64,000 bases of DNA from Akkermansia muciniphila (lineage in GTDB: Bacteria; Verrucomicrobiota; Verrucomicrobiia; Methylacidiphilales; CAMAQI01), in NCBI GenBank assembly GCA_945883905.1, contig CAMCYL010000002.1, positions 7,464-71,463 on the forward strand, read 5' to 3'. The stretch's first letter is position 1. Each line of letters opens with the position of its first letter. The notes beneath the pieces are model-generated. The model saw only the letters and a list, made by a program, of their open reading frames with translations. It did no database searches and was not told where the DNA came from. The position numbers and the translations under genes are program-made. This document shows positions 1-13,166 of this stretch, in pieces.

Positions 1-56
1 AAATAGGAAACTTTAACAACCATTTCCGATCCAAACTCAACCCTTGGATTTTGGGA

Positions 57-3000
57 TTAAGCGACCTCTTCTAAGATCACAGGCTTCGATGAAGGCGATT
101 GATCCTCTGGTTTATCTCTCGAAACGAGAGGCTCACCGACAGGTTCACCTAACTCAATAAGTCGAATCTTATTGTTCGTCTTAAATCCAGTACCCGCAGG
201 GATCAAATGACCCATGATGATATTTTCTTTAAAGCCCTTAAGATTATCCACTTTTCCAAGGGTTGCAGCATCGGTCAAAATACGCGTCGTATCTTGGAAA
301 GAGGCGGCAGAGATAAAGCTCTCTGTTTCCAACGAAGCTTTTGTAATTCCCAACAATACAGGAGTTGCTTCAGCCGGTTTCCCACCCTTTTCTTCGATTT
401 GACGATTTTCCTCTTGGAAGGCCAAACGATCCACTTGATCGCCCCAGAGGAAGGAGGTATCTCCAGGCTCTGTGATCTTCACCTTACGCAACATCTGACG
501 AATAATAATTTCAATATGCTTATCATTAATTTCAACACCTTGGAGACGATAAACTTCTTGAACTTCATTGACCAAGTACTCTTGGAGTTCTTGAGGTCCG
601 CAAACCTCGAGAATTTCATGAGGAATGACAGGTCCTTCAGTCAACTGTTGTCCCTTACGAACAAAGTCACCTTTATAAACGATCAAGTGTTTGGAGAGAG
701 GAATCAAATGCTCCTCTTCAACCCCAGTCTCAACATCTTTAACGATCAAACGCTTTTTACCGCGTGCAATCCCCGCAATATCAATCACACCATCGATCTT
801 CGCAATCTCTGCCGCATCTTTAGGCTTACGCGCCTCAAAGAGTTCCGCAACACGAGGAAGACCCCCGGTAATATCCTTTGTCTTTGAAATCTTACGAGGC
901 GTTTTCGCCAAACGAACACCGGCTTGCACCTTCTGCCCTGACTTCACTTCAATGTGAGCGCCAGCAGGAATACTATAAGAAGCAATCACTTCTTTCGCCT
1001 CGTCACGAATGACGATCTGCGGATGTAAATCTTCTTTGTGCTCAATGATAATCGTTCCAACTTGTTTAGTGTCAGCATCGAGCTCACGTTTCATCGTGAC
1101 CCCTTCAATAATATCATGAAACTCAATGAGTCCTGCTTTTTCTGTCAAAATAGGAACATTATACGGATCCCATTGAACGAAGACGCTTCCCTTCTTGACC
1201 CGTTCTCCTTCTGCGACTGAAATCACAGAACCGATCACAACCGTATAGCGTTCAAGCTCACGTCCTTGATCATCATGGAGACTCACCGCACCGTTCTTAT
1301 TTAAAACGATGTAGTTTCCTTCAATCGATTTTACGACACGAAGATCGGTAAACTGAATCTTACCATCATTTTTGGCTTTGATCATCGGTTGTTTGAAAAC
1401 CTGAGATGCCGTTCCTCCAATGTGGAAGGTACGCATCGTCAATTGAGTTCCCGGTTCACCAATCGATTGTGCCGCAATAACTCCGACGGCCTCTCCACAT
1501 TTAACCATCCGGTTTGCCGCGAGATTTTGTCCGTAACAACGTCCACAAATTCCACCACGAGTCTCACAAGTTAATACTGAGCGAAGTTTAACTCGCTCTG
1601 TTCCAATGCGAACGATTTCTAATGAGGTCTTCTCATCAATCAATCCACCGGCTGCCACTAATAATTTTTTGCCAACAGGATCATGAATATCATCACAAGA
1701 AACACGACCGACAAGACGATCGTTCAATTTAACAACCTCTTCATCTCCTTCGTAAATCGATTTAACCCAAATACCATTGACGGTACCGCAATCCTCTTCG
1801 ATCACGATGACATCTTGAGAGACGTCATGAAGTTTACGTGTCATATAACCGGAATCCGCAGTCTTTAATGCAGTATCCGCTAATCCCTTACGGGCTCCGT
1901 GACTACTAATGAAATATTCAAGAACGGTTAATCCTTCGCGGAAATTTGAGATAATCGGACGTTCGATAATATCTCCGGAAGGTTTCGCCATTAATCCACG
2001 CATCCCCGCCAACTGACGCATCTGTTGACGATTTCCGCGGGCTCCAGAATCCACCATGAGGTAAAGAGGATTAAACTCCTCTTTTCCTTGATTGTATTCG
2101 AGAGTGCGATACATCACGCTTGAAATTTCATCGGTTGCTTGAGTCCAGATATCAACGATCTTATTATAACGTTCACCATCCGTGATCGCACCTGAACGAT
2201 ATTGTTTTTCAACAACGGTAATCGAATTGTAAGCCTTCGTGACAACGCTCCCCTTTTCTTGAGGAATAATCATGTCATCGATACCAATCGAAACACCGGC
2301 TTTCGTGGCTTCCGCAAATCCAAATTCTTTGAGACGATCGAGAGCGACAACCGTGGCTTCGTGTCCAGAAACTTGATAAGTACGAAGAATAATATCTCCG
2401 ATCTGCTTCTTGCTCGCCACTTTGTTATAAAAACCGATCTCTTTTGGCCAAATTTGACTAAAAATGACGCGACCTGGAGTCGTCTCAATCATCTTCTTCT
2501 CTTTATCACCAAAGATCGTTACTTTTCCAAAGTCTGGATTCTTCAAAAGGATCCAGTCATGAGTTTTTACGCCCCCTTCAGCATGAGCAAAAAGCACCTC
2601 ATCGACATCGCTAAAGAGTTGACGACGTGTTTTCTTTTCCTCCTCTTGACTTCCCAACTTACGAGGGGATTGAGTGAGGTAATAACTTCCCAATGTAATA
2701 TCTTGGCTCGGGGTCGTGACAGGACGTCCACTCGAAGGGGAGAAGATATTCAAAGGAGCAAACATCAAAAGACGTGCTTCGAGTTGTGCCTCAACCGAGA
2801 GAGGAACGTGAACCGCCATTTGATCTCCGTCGAAATCCGCATTATAAGCAGTACAAACGAGAGGATGAATTCGGATCGCTTCGCCTTCAATCAACTTCGG
2901 CTCAAATGCCTGAATTGAAAGACGATGTAAAGTCGGTGCACGATTCAACATCACAGGGTGACCTTTCGTCACATCTTCAAGAATATCCCAAACAGCACTT

Positions 3001-4235
3001 TCTTGACGCTCAATCATCTTCTTCGCACTTCGAACGGTATGAACATAACCGAGCTCTTTTAAACGACGAATAATGAACGGCTCAAACAAAACAAGTGCCA
3101 TCTTCTTTGGTAAACCACATTGGTTCAATTTCAAATCAGGACCAATGACGATCACAGAACGACCCGAATAATCGACCCGTTTACCGAGAAGATTCATTCG
3201 GAAACGACCGGTCTTTCCTTTGAGCATATCTGAGAGGGACTTCAAAGGACGATTTCCAGCCCCCGTCACGGCACGACCATGACGTCCGTTATCCATCAAC
3301 GCATCTACCGATTCTTGAAGCATCCGTTTTTCGTTACGGATAATCACTTCAGGAGTCTTGAGTTGGAGGAGATTACGAAGACGGTTATTCCGGTTAATAA
3401 CGCGACGATAAAGATCATTCAAATCGGAAGTCGCAAAACGCCCCCCCTCTAAAGGAACCAACGGACGTAAGTCCGGAGGAATCACAGGAAGAACTGTTAA
3501 AATCATCCATTCAGGACGAGTTTTCGATTGTAAAAATCCTTGAGCTAGCTTTAGGCGTTTCGCCACTTTTTTACGAGTCTGCTTACTTTTCGTCGTATCG
3601 AGCTGAACGGCTAAGTCTTGAACCAAAGTATCCAAATCAATTTTACCCAAAACTTCACGAATCGCTTCTGCCCCCATCTTCGCTTGGAAGGAATCCATTC
3701 CGTATTGCTCTTGCGCTTCACGAAGTTGGCTCTCACTTAAAAGCTGTTTGAATTGAAGCGGTGTCTTTCCTTGATCGATAACGAGATAATCCTCGTAATA
3801 AATCACACGCTCGAGCTCACGAGCAGTCATATCCATCATCAAACCGATACGACTTGGCATACATTTGTAGAACCAAATATGGGTCACTGGAACCGCAAGT
3901 TCAATGTGCCCCATACGCTCACGACGGACACGAGCTAAGGTCACTTCAACGCCGCAACGATCACAAATAACCCCTTTATACTTAATCCGTTTGTACTTCC
4001 CGCAAGCACACTCCCAATCTTTGGTTGGTCCATAGATCCGTTCGCAGAATAGTCCCCCTTTTTCAGGCTTAAAAGTACGATAGTTGATCGTCTCAGGATT
4101 CTTCACCTCTCCCTTACTCCAAGAGCGGATATTATCAGGGGCGGCGACGGTAATTCCAACTTGGTCAAAACCAACGGAACGTTCCAAACCTAAAACTTCA
4201 CGGACATTCGATTCACGATTCAATGTGGTGCTCAT
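57..4235 (-). CDS. rpoC: DNA-directed RNA polymerase subunit beta'
   Basis: 1392-aa ORF. N-terminal Zn-ribbon [23 protein letters not shown] and catalytic NADFDGDQM motif. Lies immediately downstream of rpoB. Confidence 0.98.
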   Translation of the reverse strand: MSTTLNRESNVREVLGLERSVGFDQVGITVAAPDNIRSWSKGEVKNPETINYRTFKPEKGGLFCERIYGPTKDWECACGKYKRIKYKGVICDRCGVEVTLARVRRERMGHIELAVPVTHIWFYKCMPSRIGLMMDMTARELERVIYYEDYLVIDQGKTPLQFKQLLSESQLREAQEQYGMDSFQAKMGAEAIREVLGKIDLDTLVQDLAVQLDTTKSKQTRKKVAKRLKLAQGFLQSKTRPEWMILTVLPVIPPDLRPLVPLEGGRFATSDLNDLYRRVINRNNRLRNLLQLKTPEVIIRNEKRMLQESVDALMDNGRHGRAVTGAGNRPLKSLSDMLKGKTGRFRMNLLGKRVDYSGRSVIVIGPDLKLNQCGLPKKMALVLFEPFIIRRLKELGYVHTVRSAKKMIERQESAVWDILEDVTKGHPVMLNRAPTLHRLSIQAFEPKLIEGEAIRIHPLVCTAYNADFDGDQMAVHVPLSVEAQLEARLLMFAPLNIFSPSSGRPVTTPSQDITLGSYYLTQSPRKLGSQEEEKKTRRQLFSDVDEVLFAHAEGGVKTHDWILLKNPDFGKVTIFGDKEKKMIETTPGRVIFSQIWPKEIGFYNKVASKKQIGDIILRTYQVSGHEATVVALDRLKEFGFAEATKAGVSIGIDDMIIPQEKGSVVTKAYNSITVVEKQYRSGAITDGERYNKIVDIWTQATDEISSVMYRTLEYNQGKEEFNPLYLMVDSGARGNRQQMRQLAGMRGLMAKPSGDIIERPIISNFREGLTVLEYFISSHGARKGLADTALKTADSGYMTRKLHDVSQDVIVIEEDCGTVNGIWVKSIYEGDEEVVKLNDRLVGRVSCDDIHDPVGKKLLVAAGGLIDEKTSLEIVRIGTERVKLRSVLTCETRGGICGRCYGQNLAANRMVKCGEAVGVIAAQSIGEPGTQLTMRTFHIGGTASQVFKQPMIKAKNDGKIQFTDLRVVKSIEGNYIVLNKNGAVSLHDDQGRELERYTVVIGSVISVAEGERVKKGSVFVQWDPYNVPILTEKAGLIEFHDIIEGVTMKRELDADTKQVGTIIIEHKEDLHPQIVIRDEAKEVIASYSIPAGAHIEVKSGQKVQAGVRLAKTPRKISKTKDITGGLPRVAELFEARKPKDAAEIAKIDGVIDIAGIARGKKRLIVKDVETGVEEEHLIPLSKHLIVYKGDFVRKGQQLTEGPVIPHEILEVCGPQELQEYLVNEVQEVYRLQGVEINDKHIEIIIRQMLRKVKITEPGDTSFLWGDQVDRLAFQEENRQIEEKGGKPAEATPVLLGITKASLETESFISAASFQDTTRILTDAATLGKVDNLKGFKENIIMGHLIPAGTGFKTNNKIRLIELGEPVGEPLVSRDKPEDQSPSSKPVILEEVA

Positions 4236-4279
4236 AGCGATACCTCGTTTTGTGATATTTCTTTTCGTTGACGACTGAA

Positions 4280-7200
4280 TTAAGCGACTTCTTGCTCCAA
4301 GATGATCCGTTGATCGGGAACATCAGGAACATCTGCAGGCGCAGGTAATGTTTCACCAGTATCAACGATCGGACCAGGGGCTCTGCCCCCAACCTTCACA
4401 TCTAGACACAAGCTCTGCATTTCTTTAATCAAGACGTTGAATGATTCAGGGGTTCCTGCCTCAAGAGTGTTATCTCCCTTAACAATACTCTCGTAAATTC
4501 GAGTACGTCCAGAGACGTCATCCGATTTAACAGTGAGAAGTTCTTGTAAGGTATAAGCGGCCCCATAAGCCTCCATCGCCCATACTTCCATTTCTCCGAA
4601 ACGTTGACCTCCGTATTGCGCTTTACCGCCCAACGGTTGTTGTGTGACGAGAGAGTAAGGCCCAACCGCACGAGCATGGATCTTATCGGCAACTAAGTGA
4701 CCTAATTTCAACATGTAGATGACACCGACCACCACTCGTTGATCAAAACGCTCCCCTGAACGTCCATCATAGAGATAGGTCTTTCCATCTTCATCATATC
4801 CCGCCTCTTTCAAATAAGCACGGATTTGAGGTTCTTTGATACTATCAAACACAGGAGTCGCAATCTTAAAGCCTAAAGATCGTGCCGCGATTCCTAAGTG
4901 AGTCTCTAAAACCTGTCCGACGTTCATTCGTGAAGGCACTCCAAGCGGATTCAATACGATATCCACTGGCGTTCCATCAGGTAAATAAGGCATGTCCTCT
5001 TCAGGAACAATCTTAGCGACAACTCCCTTATTTCCGTGACGTCCAGCCATTTTATCCCCGACGCTCAGCTTACGCTTGCTCGCAACATAGACCTTCACTT
5101 GTTTCACGATACCAGGCTCAAAATCCTCTCCGGCCTCAATTCGATCGGACTCCGACTCACGCTCATTTTTGAGCTGCTCGAATCGATTCTCAAAGTTTCC
5201 AATGATCTCACGAATCTTAATACGAATAGGACTTGGATCGATTTCAATATGATTATAGCAATTCGCCATCTTACGAAGAAGAGTCTTCGTGATCTTACGA
5301 TTCGCAGGAATAATGATTTCTCCGGTCTCCGCATTGACAACGTCGAGAGGAATCTTCTCATTCAAGAGAATATTGGAAAGAGCTTGTGTCAACTCTTCGC
5401 TCAAGGCGTTTTCTTTAGCCGAGTACTTCGTTTCAATATCTTTTAATTGACGCTTTGCTTCAGTCGGAGAAAGCTTCAGGCGATTTGCCTTTACATTTCC
5501 TGCCGCCACTTTGACGTCCATCACAATTCCTGTGACTCCTGAGGGAACGGTGAGGGATGAATCCTTCACATCCGCCGCTTTTTCTCCGAAGATCGCACGA
5601 AGGAGGCGTTCTTCAGGGGCAAGCTCCGTTTCACTCTTTGGAGTAATCTTACCCACAAGAATATCCCCAGGTCTAACCTCTGCACCAATACGAACAACCC
5701 CATCCGGTCCGAGGTTCTTCAGAGCCTCATCACCGACGTTCGGAATATCACGAGTAATCTCCTCAGGGCCTAGTTTCGTATCACGAGCTGTAATTTCAAA
5801 TTCTTCAATATGGATACTTGTATAGACGTCATCTTTAACAATCCGTTCCGAGATCAGAATCGCATCTTCAAAGTTATATCCGTTCCAAGGCATGAAGGCG
5901 ACCAAGACATTACGTCCAAGTGCCAACTCACCCGCTTGCGTACAAGGACCATCCGCCAATACTTGTCCTTTAGCGATCTTCTGACCCTTTTTGACAATCG
6001 GTTTTTGGTTGTAGCAGGTTCCCACGTTTGAACGGAGAAATTTACGAAGGGTGTAAACATAAACCCCCTCTTCAGGCGCATGCTTCAGTTTTTTCTTGCT
6101 TTCAGGCATCTCACCATCCGCTGTCACAATAATTTGTGAAGCCGTCACTGAAGCCACTTTACCCGCTCCCTCTGAAACAACGACTGCCAAGGAGTCACGA
6201 GCGACCTTCGCCTCCATTCCCGTACCAACGACCGGAGAATCGGTGACAACCAAGGGAACCCCTTGGCGTTGCATATTCGATCCCATCAAAGCACGATTCG
6301 CATCATCATGTTCCAAGAAAGGAATCAAGCTAGCAGAAACCGAGATCAGCTGTTTCGGTGAAACTTCTTTGTAGTTAACCTCTTCAGGTTCCACTTCAAT
6401 GAACTCTCCTTTTGAACGCACGACTACTTTATCAGCAGTGAAGTTCATCTTGGCATCAAACTTAGAATCCGCTTGAGCAACAATAAAATTCTCTTCTTGA
6501 TCGGCGGTAAGATAATCGATCTTATCCGTGATTTTTCCATCTTGGCATTTTGCGTAAGGAGTTTCGATAAAACCGAACTCATTGATACGGGCATAACAAG
6601 ACATTGAAGAGATCAAACCGATGTTTGGACCTTCCGGTGTTTCAATCGGACAGATACGACCATAATGTGAAGGATGGACGTCACGAACTTCAAATCCAGC
6701 ACGTTCACGAGAGAGACCCCCAGGTCCAAGAGCCGAGAGACGCCGTTTGTGCGTCATCTCAGAAAGCGGATTCGTTTGATCCATCAACTGTGAAAGTTGG
6801 CTACGACCGAAGAAGTCACGAATGACAGCCGAAAGTGCCTTCGGGTTAATCAATTTTTGAGGAGTCATTCCCTCGGTGTTCACGTCAAATAACGTCATCC
6901 GCTCTTTCACTAAACGTTCCGTACGGGAAAGCCCAGTACGACATTGATTTGCCAGTAATTCACCAACCGCACGTACACGACGACTCCCTAAGTGATCGAT
7001 ATCATCCGTGCTGCCTTGACCTTTATGAAGCCCAATAATGTGCTTCGTCGCTGCGACCACATCTTCATTCATCAAAGTGCGATTTTCATAATCAACACCA
7101 AGACCCAATTTTTGATTGATCTTATAACGACCGACACGACTTAAATCATAACGCTTGTTGTCAAAGAAAAGACGTTTGAGCAAAAGCTTTGCATTCGCCA

Positions 7201-8152
7201 CGGTTGGTGGATCTCCAGGGCGTAAACGACGATAGATATCTTTCAACGCATCATCTTGATCTTTCGTTGCATCTTTCTTCAAACATTTAACAATCGAATC
7301 ATCTTCGCGAATATCAACCACTTGAACGGTCTTAATTCCGAGTTCCATCAATTGACGAATAACCGCTTTGGTCATCGGCTCATAAGCACGAGCAAGTACC
7401 GTGTCTTGACTTTCAGGATCACGAATTTCTTTTACCAAAACTTTAGCTCCAACGAGCTCTTCATCCAAATCCGCCTTCAGTTTTAAATCTTCGATCGGCA
7501 TGAACAATTTAATAATCTCTTCATCTGTGCTATATCCAAGCGCACGAAGGAAGGTGGTCACTAAGAATTTACGACGACGTTTACGACGATCTAAATGAAC
7601 GTAAAGTAAGTCGGTCGTATCATAAGAAACTTCAAGCCATGAACCACGATCCGGAATAATACGATAAGAGTAAAGTGTTTTTCCATTGGTATGAATTGAA
7701 GACTCAAAACAGATCCCAGGAGAACGATGTAACTGACTGACCACCACACGTTCAGCTCCATTAATAATAAAGCTTCCGCCGAGAGTCATCATCGGAAGTT
7801 CACCCATGTAAACGCGCTCTTCCTTCGTACTGGAATCATCACGAAGTTTAAAGGTCACATAAAGTGGAGCGGCATAAGTGACTCCCTCACGAAGAGCCTC
7901 CCAACAATCCATCTTCGGCTCACCAATTTCAAATTGATGGAACTCGAGCTTGATTTTTCCATCATAGCTTTCGATCGGAAAGGTCTCTTGAAAAACAGAT
8001 TGCAGCCCTTCGCCTTTACGCTTATTGGCCGCGATTCCTTTTTGCAGAAAATCGGCATAAGAGCGGATTTGGGATTCAATGAGATTTGGCATTTCAATCG
8101 ATTCTTGAATATGCCCAAAGTTACGTCGTTCAGTGAAGTTCATCATAGTCAT
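4280..8152 (-). CDS. rpoB: DNA-directed RNA polymerase subunit beta
   Basis: 1290-aa ORF with conserved beta motifs ([36 protein letters not shown]). Sits in the rplL-rpoB-rpoC order. Confidence 0.98.
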   Translation of the reverse strand: MTMMNFTERRNFGHIQESIEMPNLIESQIRSYADFLQKGIAANKRKGEGLQSVFQETFPIESYDGKIKLEFHQFEIGEPKMDCWEALREGVTYAAPLYVTFKLRDDSSTKEERVYMGELPMMTLGGSFIINGAERVVVSQLHRSPGICFESSIHTNGKTLYSYRIIPDRGSWLEVSYDTTDLLYVHLDRRKRRRKFLVTTFLRALGYSTDEEIIKLFMPIEDLKLKADLDEELVGAKVLVKEIRDPESQDTVLARAYEPMTKAVIRQLMELGIKTVQVVDIREDDSIVKCLKKDATKDQDDALKDIYRRLRPGDPPTVANAKLLLKRLFFDNKRYDLSRVGRYKINQKLGLGVDYENRTLMNEDVVAATKHIIGLHKGQGSTDDIDHLGSRRVRAVGELLANQCRTGLSRTERLVKERMTLFDVNTEGMTPQKLINPKALSAVIRDFFGRSQLSQLMDQTNPLSEMTHKRRLSALGPGGLSRERAGFEVRDVHPSHYGRICPIETPEGPNIGLISSMSCYARINEFGFIETPYAKCQDGKITDKIDYLTADQEENFIVAQADSKFDAKMNFTADKVVVRSKGEFIEVEPEEVNYKEVSPKQLISVSASLIPFLEHDDANRALMGSNMQRQGVPLVVTDSPVVGTGMEAKVARDSLAVVVSEGAGKVASVTASQIIVTADGEMPESKKKLKHAPEEGVYVYTLRKFLRSNVGTCYNQKPIVKKGQKIAKGQVLADGPCTQAGELALGRNVLVAFMPWNGYNFEDAILISERIVKDDVYTSIHIEEFEITARDTKLGPEEITRDIPNVGDEALKNLGPDGVVRIGAEVRPGDILVGKITPKSETELAPEERLLRAIFGEKAADVKDSSLTVPSGVTGIVMDVKVAAGNVKANRLKLSPTEAKRQLKDIETKYSAKENALSEELTQALSNILLNEKIPLDVVNAETGEIIIPANRKITKTLLRKMANCYNHIEIDPSPIRIKIREIIGNFENRFEQLKNERESESDRIEAGEDFEPGIVKQVKVYVASKRKLSVGDKMAGRHGNKGVVAKIVPEEDMPYLPDGTPVDIVLNPLGVPSRMNVGQVLETHLGIAARSLGFKIATPVFDSIKEPQIRAYLKEAGYDEDGKTYLYDGRSGERFDQRVVVGVIYMLKLGHLVADKIHARAVGPYSLVTQQPLGGKAQYGGQRFGEMEVWAMEAYGAAYTLQELLTVKSDDVSGRTRIYESIVKGDNTLEAGTPESFNVLIKEMQSLCLDVKVGGRAPGPIVDTGETLPAPADVPDVPDQRIILEQEVA

Positions 8153-8182
8153 CTCGTGTTAGGTTCGGCTGCAGGATGGATC

Positions 8183-8227
8183 GGAAAACAAGGAAAGGAG
8201 AGCTCCCTCCATCCGAGAGAGCTCCCC
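8183..8227 (-). terminator. Candidate rplL-rpoB intergenic attenuator hairpin
   Basis: On the minus strand GGGGAGCTC (8219-8227) pairs with GAGCTCTCC (8197-8205): 9 bp including one G-U, with a 13-nt loop. It is followed by UUUCCUUGUUUUCC. It lies between rplL and rpoB, where partial terminators are known in other bacteria. Confidence 0.35.
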
Positions 8228-8243
8228 TTTGAAAATCAAAGGT

Positions 8244-8621
8244 TTATTTGATTTCGACTTTGGCGCCAGCGGCTTCGATCTTTTTCTTGATCTCTTCTGC
8301 TTCTTCCTTCGTCACACCTTCTTTGATCGCTTTAGGAGCCGATTCAACTAAGGTTTTGGCTTCAGCTAAACCGAGGCCAGCCACTGCGGCACGAACTTCT
8401 TTGATGACGCTAATTTTAGTAGCGCCGGCATCAATTAAGATGACATCGAAAGAGGTTTTTGCTTCAGCCACTGGAGCTGCGGCTCCACCACCCGCTGCGG
8501 CAACAGCCACAGGTGCAGCGGCAGTAACGCCCCATTTTTCTTCAAGTTGTTTAACGAGGTCTGCCGCTTCGATAACGGTCAAGGCACTCAATTGATCAAT
8601 GATTTTTGATAAGTCTGACAT
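8244..8621 (-). CDS. rplL: 50S ribosomal protein L7/L12
   Basis: 125 aa with an Ala-rich hinge ([18 protein letters not shown]) and a C-terminal domain [21 protein letters not shown]...[12 protein letters not shown]. Follows rplJ. Confidence 0.95.
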   Translation of the reverse strand: MSDLSKIIDQLSALTVIEAADLVKQLEEKWGVTAAAPVAVAAAGGGAAAPVAEAKTSFDVILIDAGATKISVIKEVRAAVAGLGLAEAKTLVESAPKAIKEGVTKEEAEEIKKKIEAAGAKVEIK

Positions 8622-8774
8622 AGTATTTTTTTTATTTTATTCTGATATTCCTAGAGTCCAGCACCCGCCAGACAATTAACCTTGAAGGGCTTCAAGGCTA
8701 GGGAAATCAGGGGATTTGCCCTTAAGAGTAAGGAATCAAGCTTTCGCTCTTTTCCTACTCTAAATTGTTTTGAT

Positions 8775-9281
8775 TTAAGCGACCTCAGCGACTTTAGTCG
8801 CCTCTTCGTCCTTTTCGAGTTTCGCCTTGATCACACGAGCCAATTGTGAGGCAGGTGCTTGCAAGACAGCCAAGATCTTTCCGAGGAGAACTTCGCGGGA
8901 AGGAAGATCGGCCAACTCAAGAACTTGTTCCTTGGAGATGACATTACGATCTAAAATTCCGATGCGAATTTCCGGCTTTTTAAACTCATTTTGAAAAGTC
9001 TTCAAAATTCGACAAGCCGCAACCACATCCTTTTCTCCAATCACAACAGCCGATTGACCATTCAGATGAGACTCTAAATCCGGAAGATTTTCGTTTTGAA
9101 GCGCCTTGCGAAGCAAAGTGTTTTTGACAACACGGCATTCGGATTGAACCCCATAAAGACGGTGACGCAATTCAGTAAACTCGGAGACTTTAAGGCCCGC
9201 GTAATTTACAAGGATCACAAAAGGGGAGTGATTCACCTTTTGTTGAACATCTGCAATAATCGATACTTTTTCTACACGCAT
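8775..9281 (-). CDS. rplJ: 50S ribosomal protein L10
   Basis: 168-aa ORF between rplA and rplL. Size and N-terminal sequence are typical of L10. Confidence 0.92.
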   Translation of the reverse strand: MRVEKVSIIADVQQKVNHSPFVILVNYAGLKVSEFTELRHRLYGVQSECRVVKNTLLRKALQNENLPDLESHLNGQSAVVIGEKDVVAACRILKTFQNEFKKPEIRIGILDRNVISKEQVLELADLPSREVLLGKILAVLQAPASQLARVIKAKLEKDEEATKVAEVA

Positions 9282-9296
9282 GGTTTTATCTCCAGT

Positions 9297-9998
9297 TTAG
9301 CTCTTCAAGAAAGCACTCACGTCGAGACGGATGCTCGGTGAAAAGGTTGAAGAGAGAGCACAGTTATGAATAAAGCGACCTTTCGCTGTATTCGGACGTG
9401 AACGAACAACGGCATCAATAACCGCTTTTCCGTTCGCTAAGATGTCATCCGTTGCAAATGAAAACTTGCCCAAGATGACATGTAAATTCGCAGATTTATC
9501 CATCTTGAACTCAACACGACCGGCTTTACATTCCTTGACGGCCTTTGCGGTATCATCGGTCACTGTTCCGATTTTCGGATTCGGCATCAAACCACGAGGT
9601 CCGAGAACCTTCCCCAACTTACGAACTTCTGACATCGCATCCGGTGTCGCAACGCAAACATCGAAATCTTGAAATCCATCGGTCACTTGTTTGATCAAAT
9701 CTTCGAATCCGACAAATTCAGCCCCAGCGGCCTTTGCAGCATCCGCAGCAGCTCCTTTTGCGAAAACGAGGACACGAACATTCTTTCCAGTCCCCTTCGG
9801 TAAAGAAACGGTTCCACGAACCATTTGATCACTTTGCTTCGGATCAACCCCAAGTTTAAATGCGAGATCAACCGTTTGATCGGCCTTTGTTGCCGCAATT
9901 TGTTTCAAAACCTTGACGGCCTCGACCAATGTATAAGCACGATTGCTGTCGATCAATTTGACCGCTGCCTGATAGCGCTTGCTCCGTTTTTGAGCCAT
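9297..9998 (-). CDS. rplA: 50S ribosomal protein L1
   Basis: 233 aa with the L1 signature [20 protein letters not shown] and [15 protein letters not shown]. Confidence 0.95.
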   Translation of the reverse strand: MAQKRSKRYQAAVKLIDSNRAYTLVEAVKVLKQIAATKADQTVDLAFKLGVDPKQSDQMVRGTVSLPKGTGKNVRVLVFAKGAAADAAKAAGAEFVGFEDLIKQVTDGFQDFDVCVATPDAMSEVRKLGKVLGPRGLMPNPKIGTVTDDTAKAVKECKAGRVEFKMDKSANLHVILGKFSFATDDILANGKAVIDAVVRSRPNTAKGRFIHNCALSSTFSPSIRLDVSAFLKS

Positions 9999-10054
9999 AG
10001 TTACTTCTCCATGTGGTTCAAACGATCCGAAGATCTCCCACGTTTGTGTTGTTA

Positions 10055-10480
10055 TTATTCAGCAATTTCAATACCCATGTTACGAGCAGTTCCAGCAATA
10101 ATGCGAAACGCTGCTTCATCGGTCTTTGCTGTTAAATCTTTACGTTTAATCTTAACGATATCCATGACTTGCTTCTTAGAAATCTTCGCAACCTTCACTG
10201 TGTTTGATTTCGCAGATCCACTGGCAACATTTGCTACTTTTTTGAGCAATACTGAAGCGGGAGGGGATTTCGTAATAAATGAAAATGATTTGTCTTTATA
10301 GACCGTAATGACCACAGGAAGGATATTTCCTGAATCCTTTTGAGTCGCAGCGTTGAACTCTTTGCAGAACGCCATGATGTTCACACCTTGCTGACCCAAC
10401 GCAGGTCCTACGGGAGGGGCGGGATTCGCCTGTCCTGCGGGGATCTGCAACTTAATTTGTCCAACGATTTCTTTTGCCAT
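10055..10480 (-). CDS. rplK: 50S ribosomal protein L11
   Basis: 141 aa. The N-terminus [36 protein letters not shown] is a canonical L11 sequence. Confidence 0.96.
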   Translation of the reverse strand: MAKEIVGQIKLQIPAGQANPAPPVGPALGQQGVNIMAFCKEFNAATQKDSGNILPVVITVYKDKSFSFITKSPPASVLLKKVANVASGSAKSNTVKVAKISKKQVMDIVKIKRKDLTAKTDEAAFRIIAGTARNMGIEIAE

Positions 10481-10500
10481 ATTTTTTCCTTAGGACGTAA

Positions 10501-11106
10501 TTACGTCGCTTTTTCAACTTGCCAGAATTCGAGTTCCACGGGTGTGAAACGACCAAAGATACTAACCGAAACTTTTAATTTTCCGCGCTCCGCGTCAATC
10601 TCATCGATAACACCTTCGGAACTTTGGAACGGACCGTCACCGACTTTGACTTTATCGCCAATATTAAACGCAATGCGAGGAACGACACGCTCTTCACGAT
10701 CGCGCATCTGCCAGAGCATTGCTTCGATCTCATGCGGACGCATTGGAGAAGGACGGTCACCATCAGCAAAACCGATCACTCCGTGAGTCTCTTGAATAAA
10801 ATACCATGAACGTCCAACAAATTTTTTATCGACGTCATGAAGAAACATCTTCACAAAAACATATCCAGGATAAAGCTTCCGTTCTGTCTCCACTTTCTTT
10901 CCGCGTTTCACTTCAGAAACACGCTCGACAGGAACAATCACTTCAAAAATCAAATCGGATATCTCTTCCGTCTTGATCCGCTTTTCCATGCTCTCTTTAA
11001 CTCGCTTTTCCAAACCAGAAAGAACGTGAAGGGCATACCATTGCGGCTCCAATCCCTCGAGATTGTTGCTATCTGCATCCGCTGTTTGATCAACTATTTC
11101 GCTCAT
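10501..11106 (-). CDS. nusG: Transcription termination/antitermination factor NusG
   Basis: 201 aa with an NGN region (WYALHVLSGLEKRV) and a KOW motif (GDKVKVGDGPFQSSEGVIDEID). Sits in the secE-nusG-rplK order. Confidence 0.93.
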   Translation of the reverse strand: MSEIVDQTADADSNNLEGLEPQWYALHVLSGLEKRVKESMEKRIKTEEISDLIFEVIVPVERVSEVKRGKKVETERKLYPGYVFVKMFLHDVDKKFVGRSWYFIQETHGVIGFADGDRPSPMRPHEIEAMLWQMRDREERVVPRIAFNIGDKVKVGDGPFQSSEGVIDEIDAERGKLKVSVSIFGRFTPVELEFWQVEKAT

Positions 11107-11115
11107 CGGTTTCCT

Positions 11116-11421
11116 TTAATGAAGACGGGTCACTAACCCAATTACTTTCAACAAAATAAAATCTGAAAATGTCACAATCGCTGAAAGTAAAATCGTCGAA
11201 ACAATGACGACAACGGTGGAATCAAATAATTCACGGTATTTTGCAAATCCGGTTTTATTTTCGTCCCAAGGCCACGAGCACTTTTTCAGCTCTGCAGCGA
11301 CCTCACTGATAAATTTCTGAATCGATTTTCCGGATTTAAACCACACGAATGCAGTCAATAATACCGAAAATACAACCCAAAATGTACCCCACCAACTTCC
11401 CCCGATTTTTAATGCTTCCAT
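11116..11421 (-). CDS. secE: Preprotein translocase subunit SecE
   Basis: 101-aa membrane protein directly upstream of nusG. Has the SecE-like ISEVAAELKKCSWP motif followed by the TM segment VVVIVSTILLSAIV. Confidence 0.75.
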   Translation of the reverse strand: MEALKIGGSWWGTFWVVFSVLLTAFVWFKSGKSIQKFISEVAAELKKCSWPWDENKTGFAKYRELFDSTVVVIVSTILLSAIVTFSDFILLKVIGLVTRLH

Positions 11422-11436
11422 GATCTTTTATGACTC

Positions 11437-11509
11437 CAGGGCAGGAGGGACTCGAACCCCCAACTTACGGTTTTGGAGACCGTCGCTCTACCAATTGAAC
11501 TACTGCCCT
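11437..11509 (-). tRNA. trnW: tRNA-Trp (anticodon CCA)
   Basis: The reverse complement reads AGGGCAGTAGTTCAATTGGTAGAGCGACGGTCTCCAAAACCGTAAGTTGGGGGTTCGAGTCCCTCCTGCCCTG. Acceptor stem is AGGGCAG/CTGCCCT, the anticodon loop CTCCAAA carries CCA, and the T-loop is GGTTCGAGTCC. Confidence 0.9.
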
Positions 11510-11589
11510 TTATAAAATACTCTGTCTTTTTTTGGAGACAGCAAAGCTCCCCAAGGTTTTATCCTTGGAGAGCGTTTAAATTTTGCCGA

Positions 11590-12774
11590 TTATTGGATGA
11601 TTTCGACAACACGACCTGCGCCGACTGTCTTACCACCTTCACGAATCGCAAAGCGCATTGCTTTTTCCATCGCGATTGGGGAGAGTAATTCGACTTCACA
11701 TTCGATATTGTCACCAGGCATCACCATTTCAACACCCTCTTTAAGAGTCACTGAACCAGTCACGTCCGTTGTACGGAAATAAAACTGAGGGCGATATCCT
11801 TTGAAGAATGGAGTATGTCGACCTCCCTCTTCTTTGCTCAAGACGTAAATTTGTGCTTTGAACTTGGTATGCGGTTTGATCGATCCAACCTTAGAAATCA
11901 CTTGACCACGTTCGATATCCTCTTTCTTCACACCACGAAGCAAGAGACCGACGTTGTCTCCAGCCTCTGCGCTATCGAGAAGCTTACGGAACATTTCGAT
12001 ATCCGTACAAGTCGTTTTAACTGTCGGACGAAGTCCAACGATTTCAACTTCTTCCATTTTCTTAAGGACACCACGCTCAACACGACCAGTACAAACAGTT
12101 CCACGACCTTCAATATTGAAAACGTCTTCAACCGACATCAAGAAAGGCTGATCTTTTGGACGCTCAGGAAGAGGAATATAGGTATCCACTGCCTCCATCA
12201 AATTCAAAATCTCTTTTTCGTAAGTCGCATCGCCTTCAAGTGCCTTGAGTGCGCTTCCCTTTACGATCGGAATCGTGTCACCAGGAAATTCATATTGGGT
12301 GAGGAGCTCACGAACTTCGAGCTCTACGAGATCAAGAAGCTCTTTGTCATCGACCATATCCACCTTGTTCATGAAAACAACGAGAGAAGGTACACCGACT
12401 TGACGAGCTAATAGAATATGCTCGCGAGTTTGAGGCATTGGACCGTCTGCTGCGCTAACAACAAGAATCGCTCCATCCATTTGAGCGGCACCCGTGATCA
12501 TGTTTTTCACATAATCCGCGTGACCGGGACAATCCACGTGTGCGTAGTGACGAGCAGCGGTTTCATACTCAACGTGAGTCGTGTTAATCGTGATTCCACG
12601 CTCTTTTTCTTCTGGAGCGTTATCAATTTGATCGTAACCGCGAGCTTGAGCTAATCCTGATTTTGCCAAGACGCTTGTGATCGCCGCTGTTAAAGTTGTT
12701 TTTCCATGATCAACGTGACCGATGGTTCCCACGTTTACGTGAGGTTTATTCCGACTAAATGCTTCCTTGGCCAT
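11590..12774 (-). CDS. tuf: Elongation factor Tu
   Basis: 394 aa with [18 protein letters not shown] and NKVD GTPase motifs. Full-length EF-Tu. Confidence 0.98.
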   Translation of the reverse strand: MAKEAFSRNKPHVNVGTIGHVDHGKTTLTAAITSVLAKSGLAQARGYDQIDNAPEEKERGITINTTHVEYETAARHYAHVDCPGHADYVKNMITGAAQMDGAILVVSAADGPMPQTREHILLARQVGVPSLVVFMNKVDMVDDKELLDLVELEVRELLTQYEFPGDTIPIVKGSALKALEGDATYEKEILNLMEAVDTYIPLPERPKDQPFLMSVEDVFNIEGRGTVCTGRVERGVLKKMEEVEIVGLRPTVKTTCTDIEMFRKLLDSAEAGDNVGLLLRGVKKEDIERGQVISKVGSIKPHTKFKAQIYVLSKEEGGRHTPFFKGYRPQFYFRTTDVTGSVTLKEGVEMVMPGDNIECEVELLSPIAMEKAMRFAIREGGKTVGAGRVVEIIQ

Positions 12775-12871
12775 ACTACTCCTTAAAGTGCAATTGTTTT
12801 ACAACTGTTATTACGTTCGTTTCAGGTTGCATTCTCCTCCTCGGAGTCCGCATTCTACCTGCCAGCGAGAC

Positions 12872-12944
12872 AGCCCACGATCGGGATTGAACCGACGACC
12901 TCGTCCTTACCAAGGACGTGCTCTACCAACTGAGCTACGTGGGC
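12872..12944 (-). tRNA. trnT: tRNA-Thr (anticodon GGT)
   Basis: The reverse complement reads GCCCACGTAGCTCAGTTGGTAGAGCACGTCCTTGGTAAGGACGAGGTCGTCGGTTCAATCCCGATCGTGGGCT. Anticodon stem is CGTCC/GGACG with loop TTGGTAA. Sits in the classical position upstream of tuf. Confidence 0.9.
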
Positions 12945-13166
12945 AATTAAGCCCCGCGCTTTCGCGCATGACGCGGACTGTATATCATCTTTTCCCTCGG
13001 TATTTAAGCTCCGAAAAAAGACAATAAAACCCTAGAACCTCTCTTTTTTTATCAAGAGCGGTTCCAAAGTCATGGTAGAGCGGGAGATAGAATCAGTTTT
13101 TTAGGTCTCGTCAACCCAAATTTAAAAATATTTAGATATATTTTTCCAAACTTGGCATAAAATTAT

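Noticed and set aside
207-3938. Multiple plus-strand ORFs antisense to rpoC (for example 207-887, 2202-2918, 2774-3073)
   Set aside because: They are fully contained in the rpoC coding region on the opposite strand, give low-complexity translations with no recognisable motifs, and are typical shadow ORFs. The same applies to ORFs antisense to rpoB, rplL, rplA, tuf and nusG.
12767-13027. 86-aa plus-strand ORF
   Set aside because: It overlaps the tuf start region and runs antisense through tRNA-Thr, and gives a Pro/Arg/Ser-rich nonsense translation.
13086-13114. Sigma-70-like promoter (TTGACG - 17 nt - TCTATC, minus strand) upstream of tRNA-Thr
   Set aside because: The -35 element and the spacing are good, but the -10 element matches the consensus at only 3 of 6 positions. 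There is no independent support.
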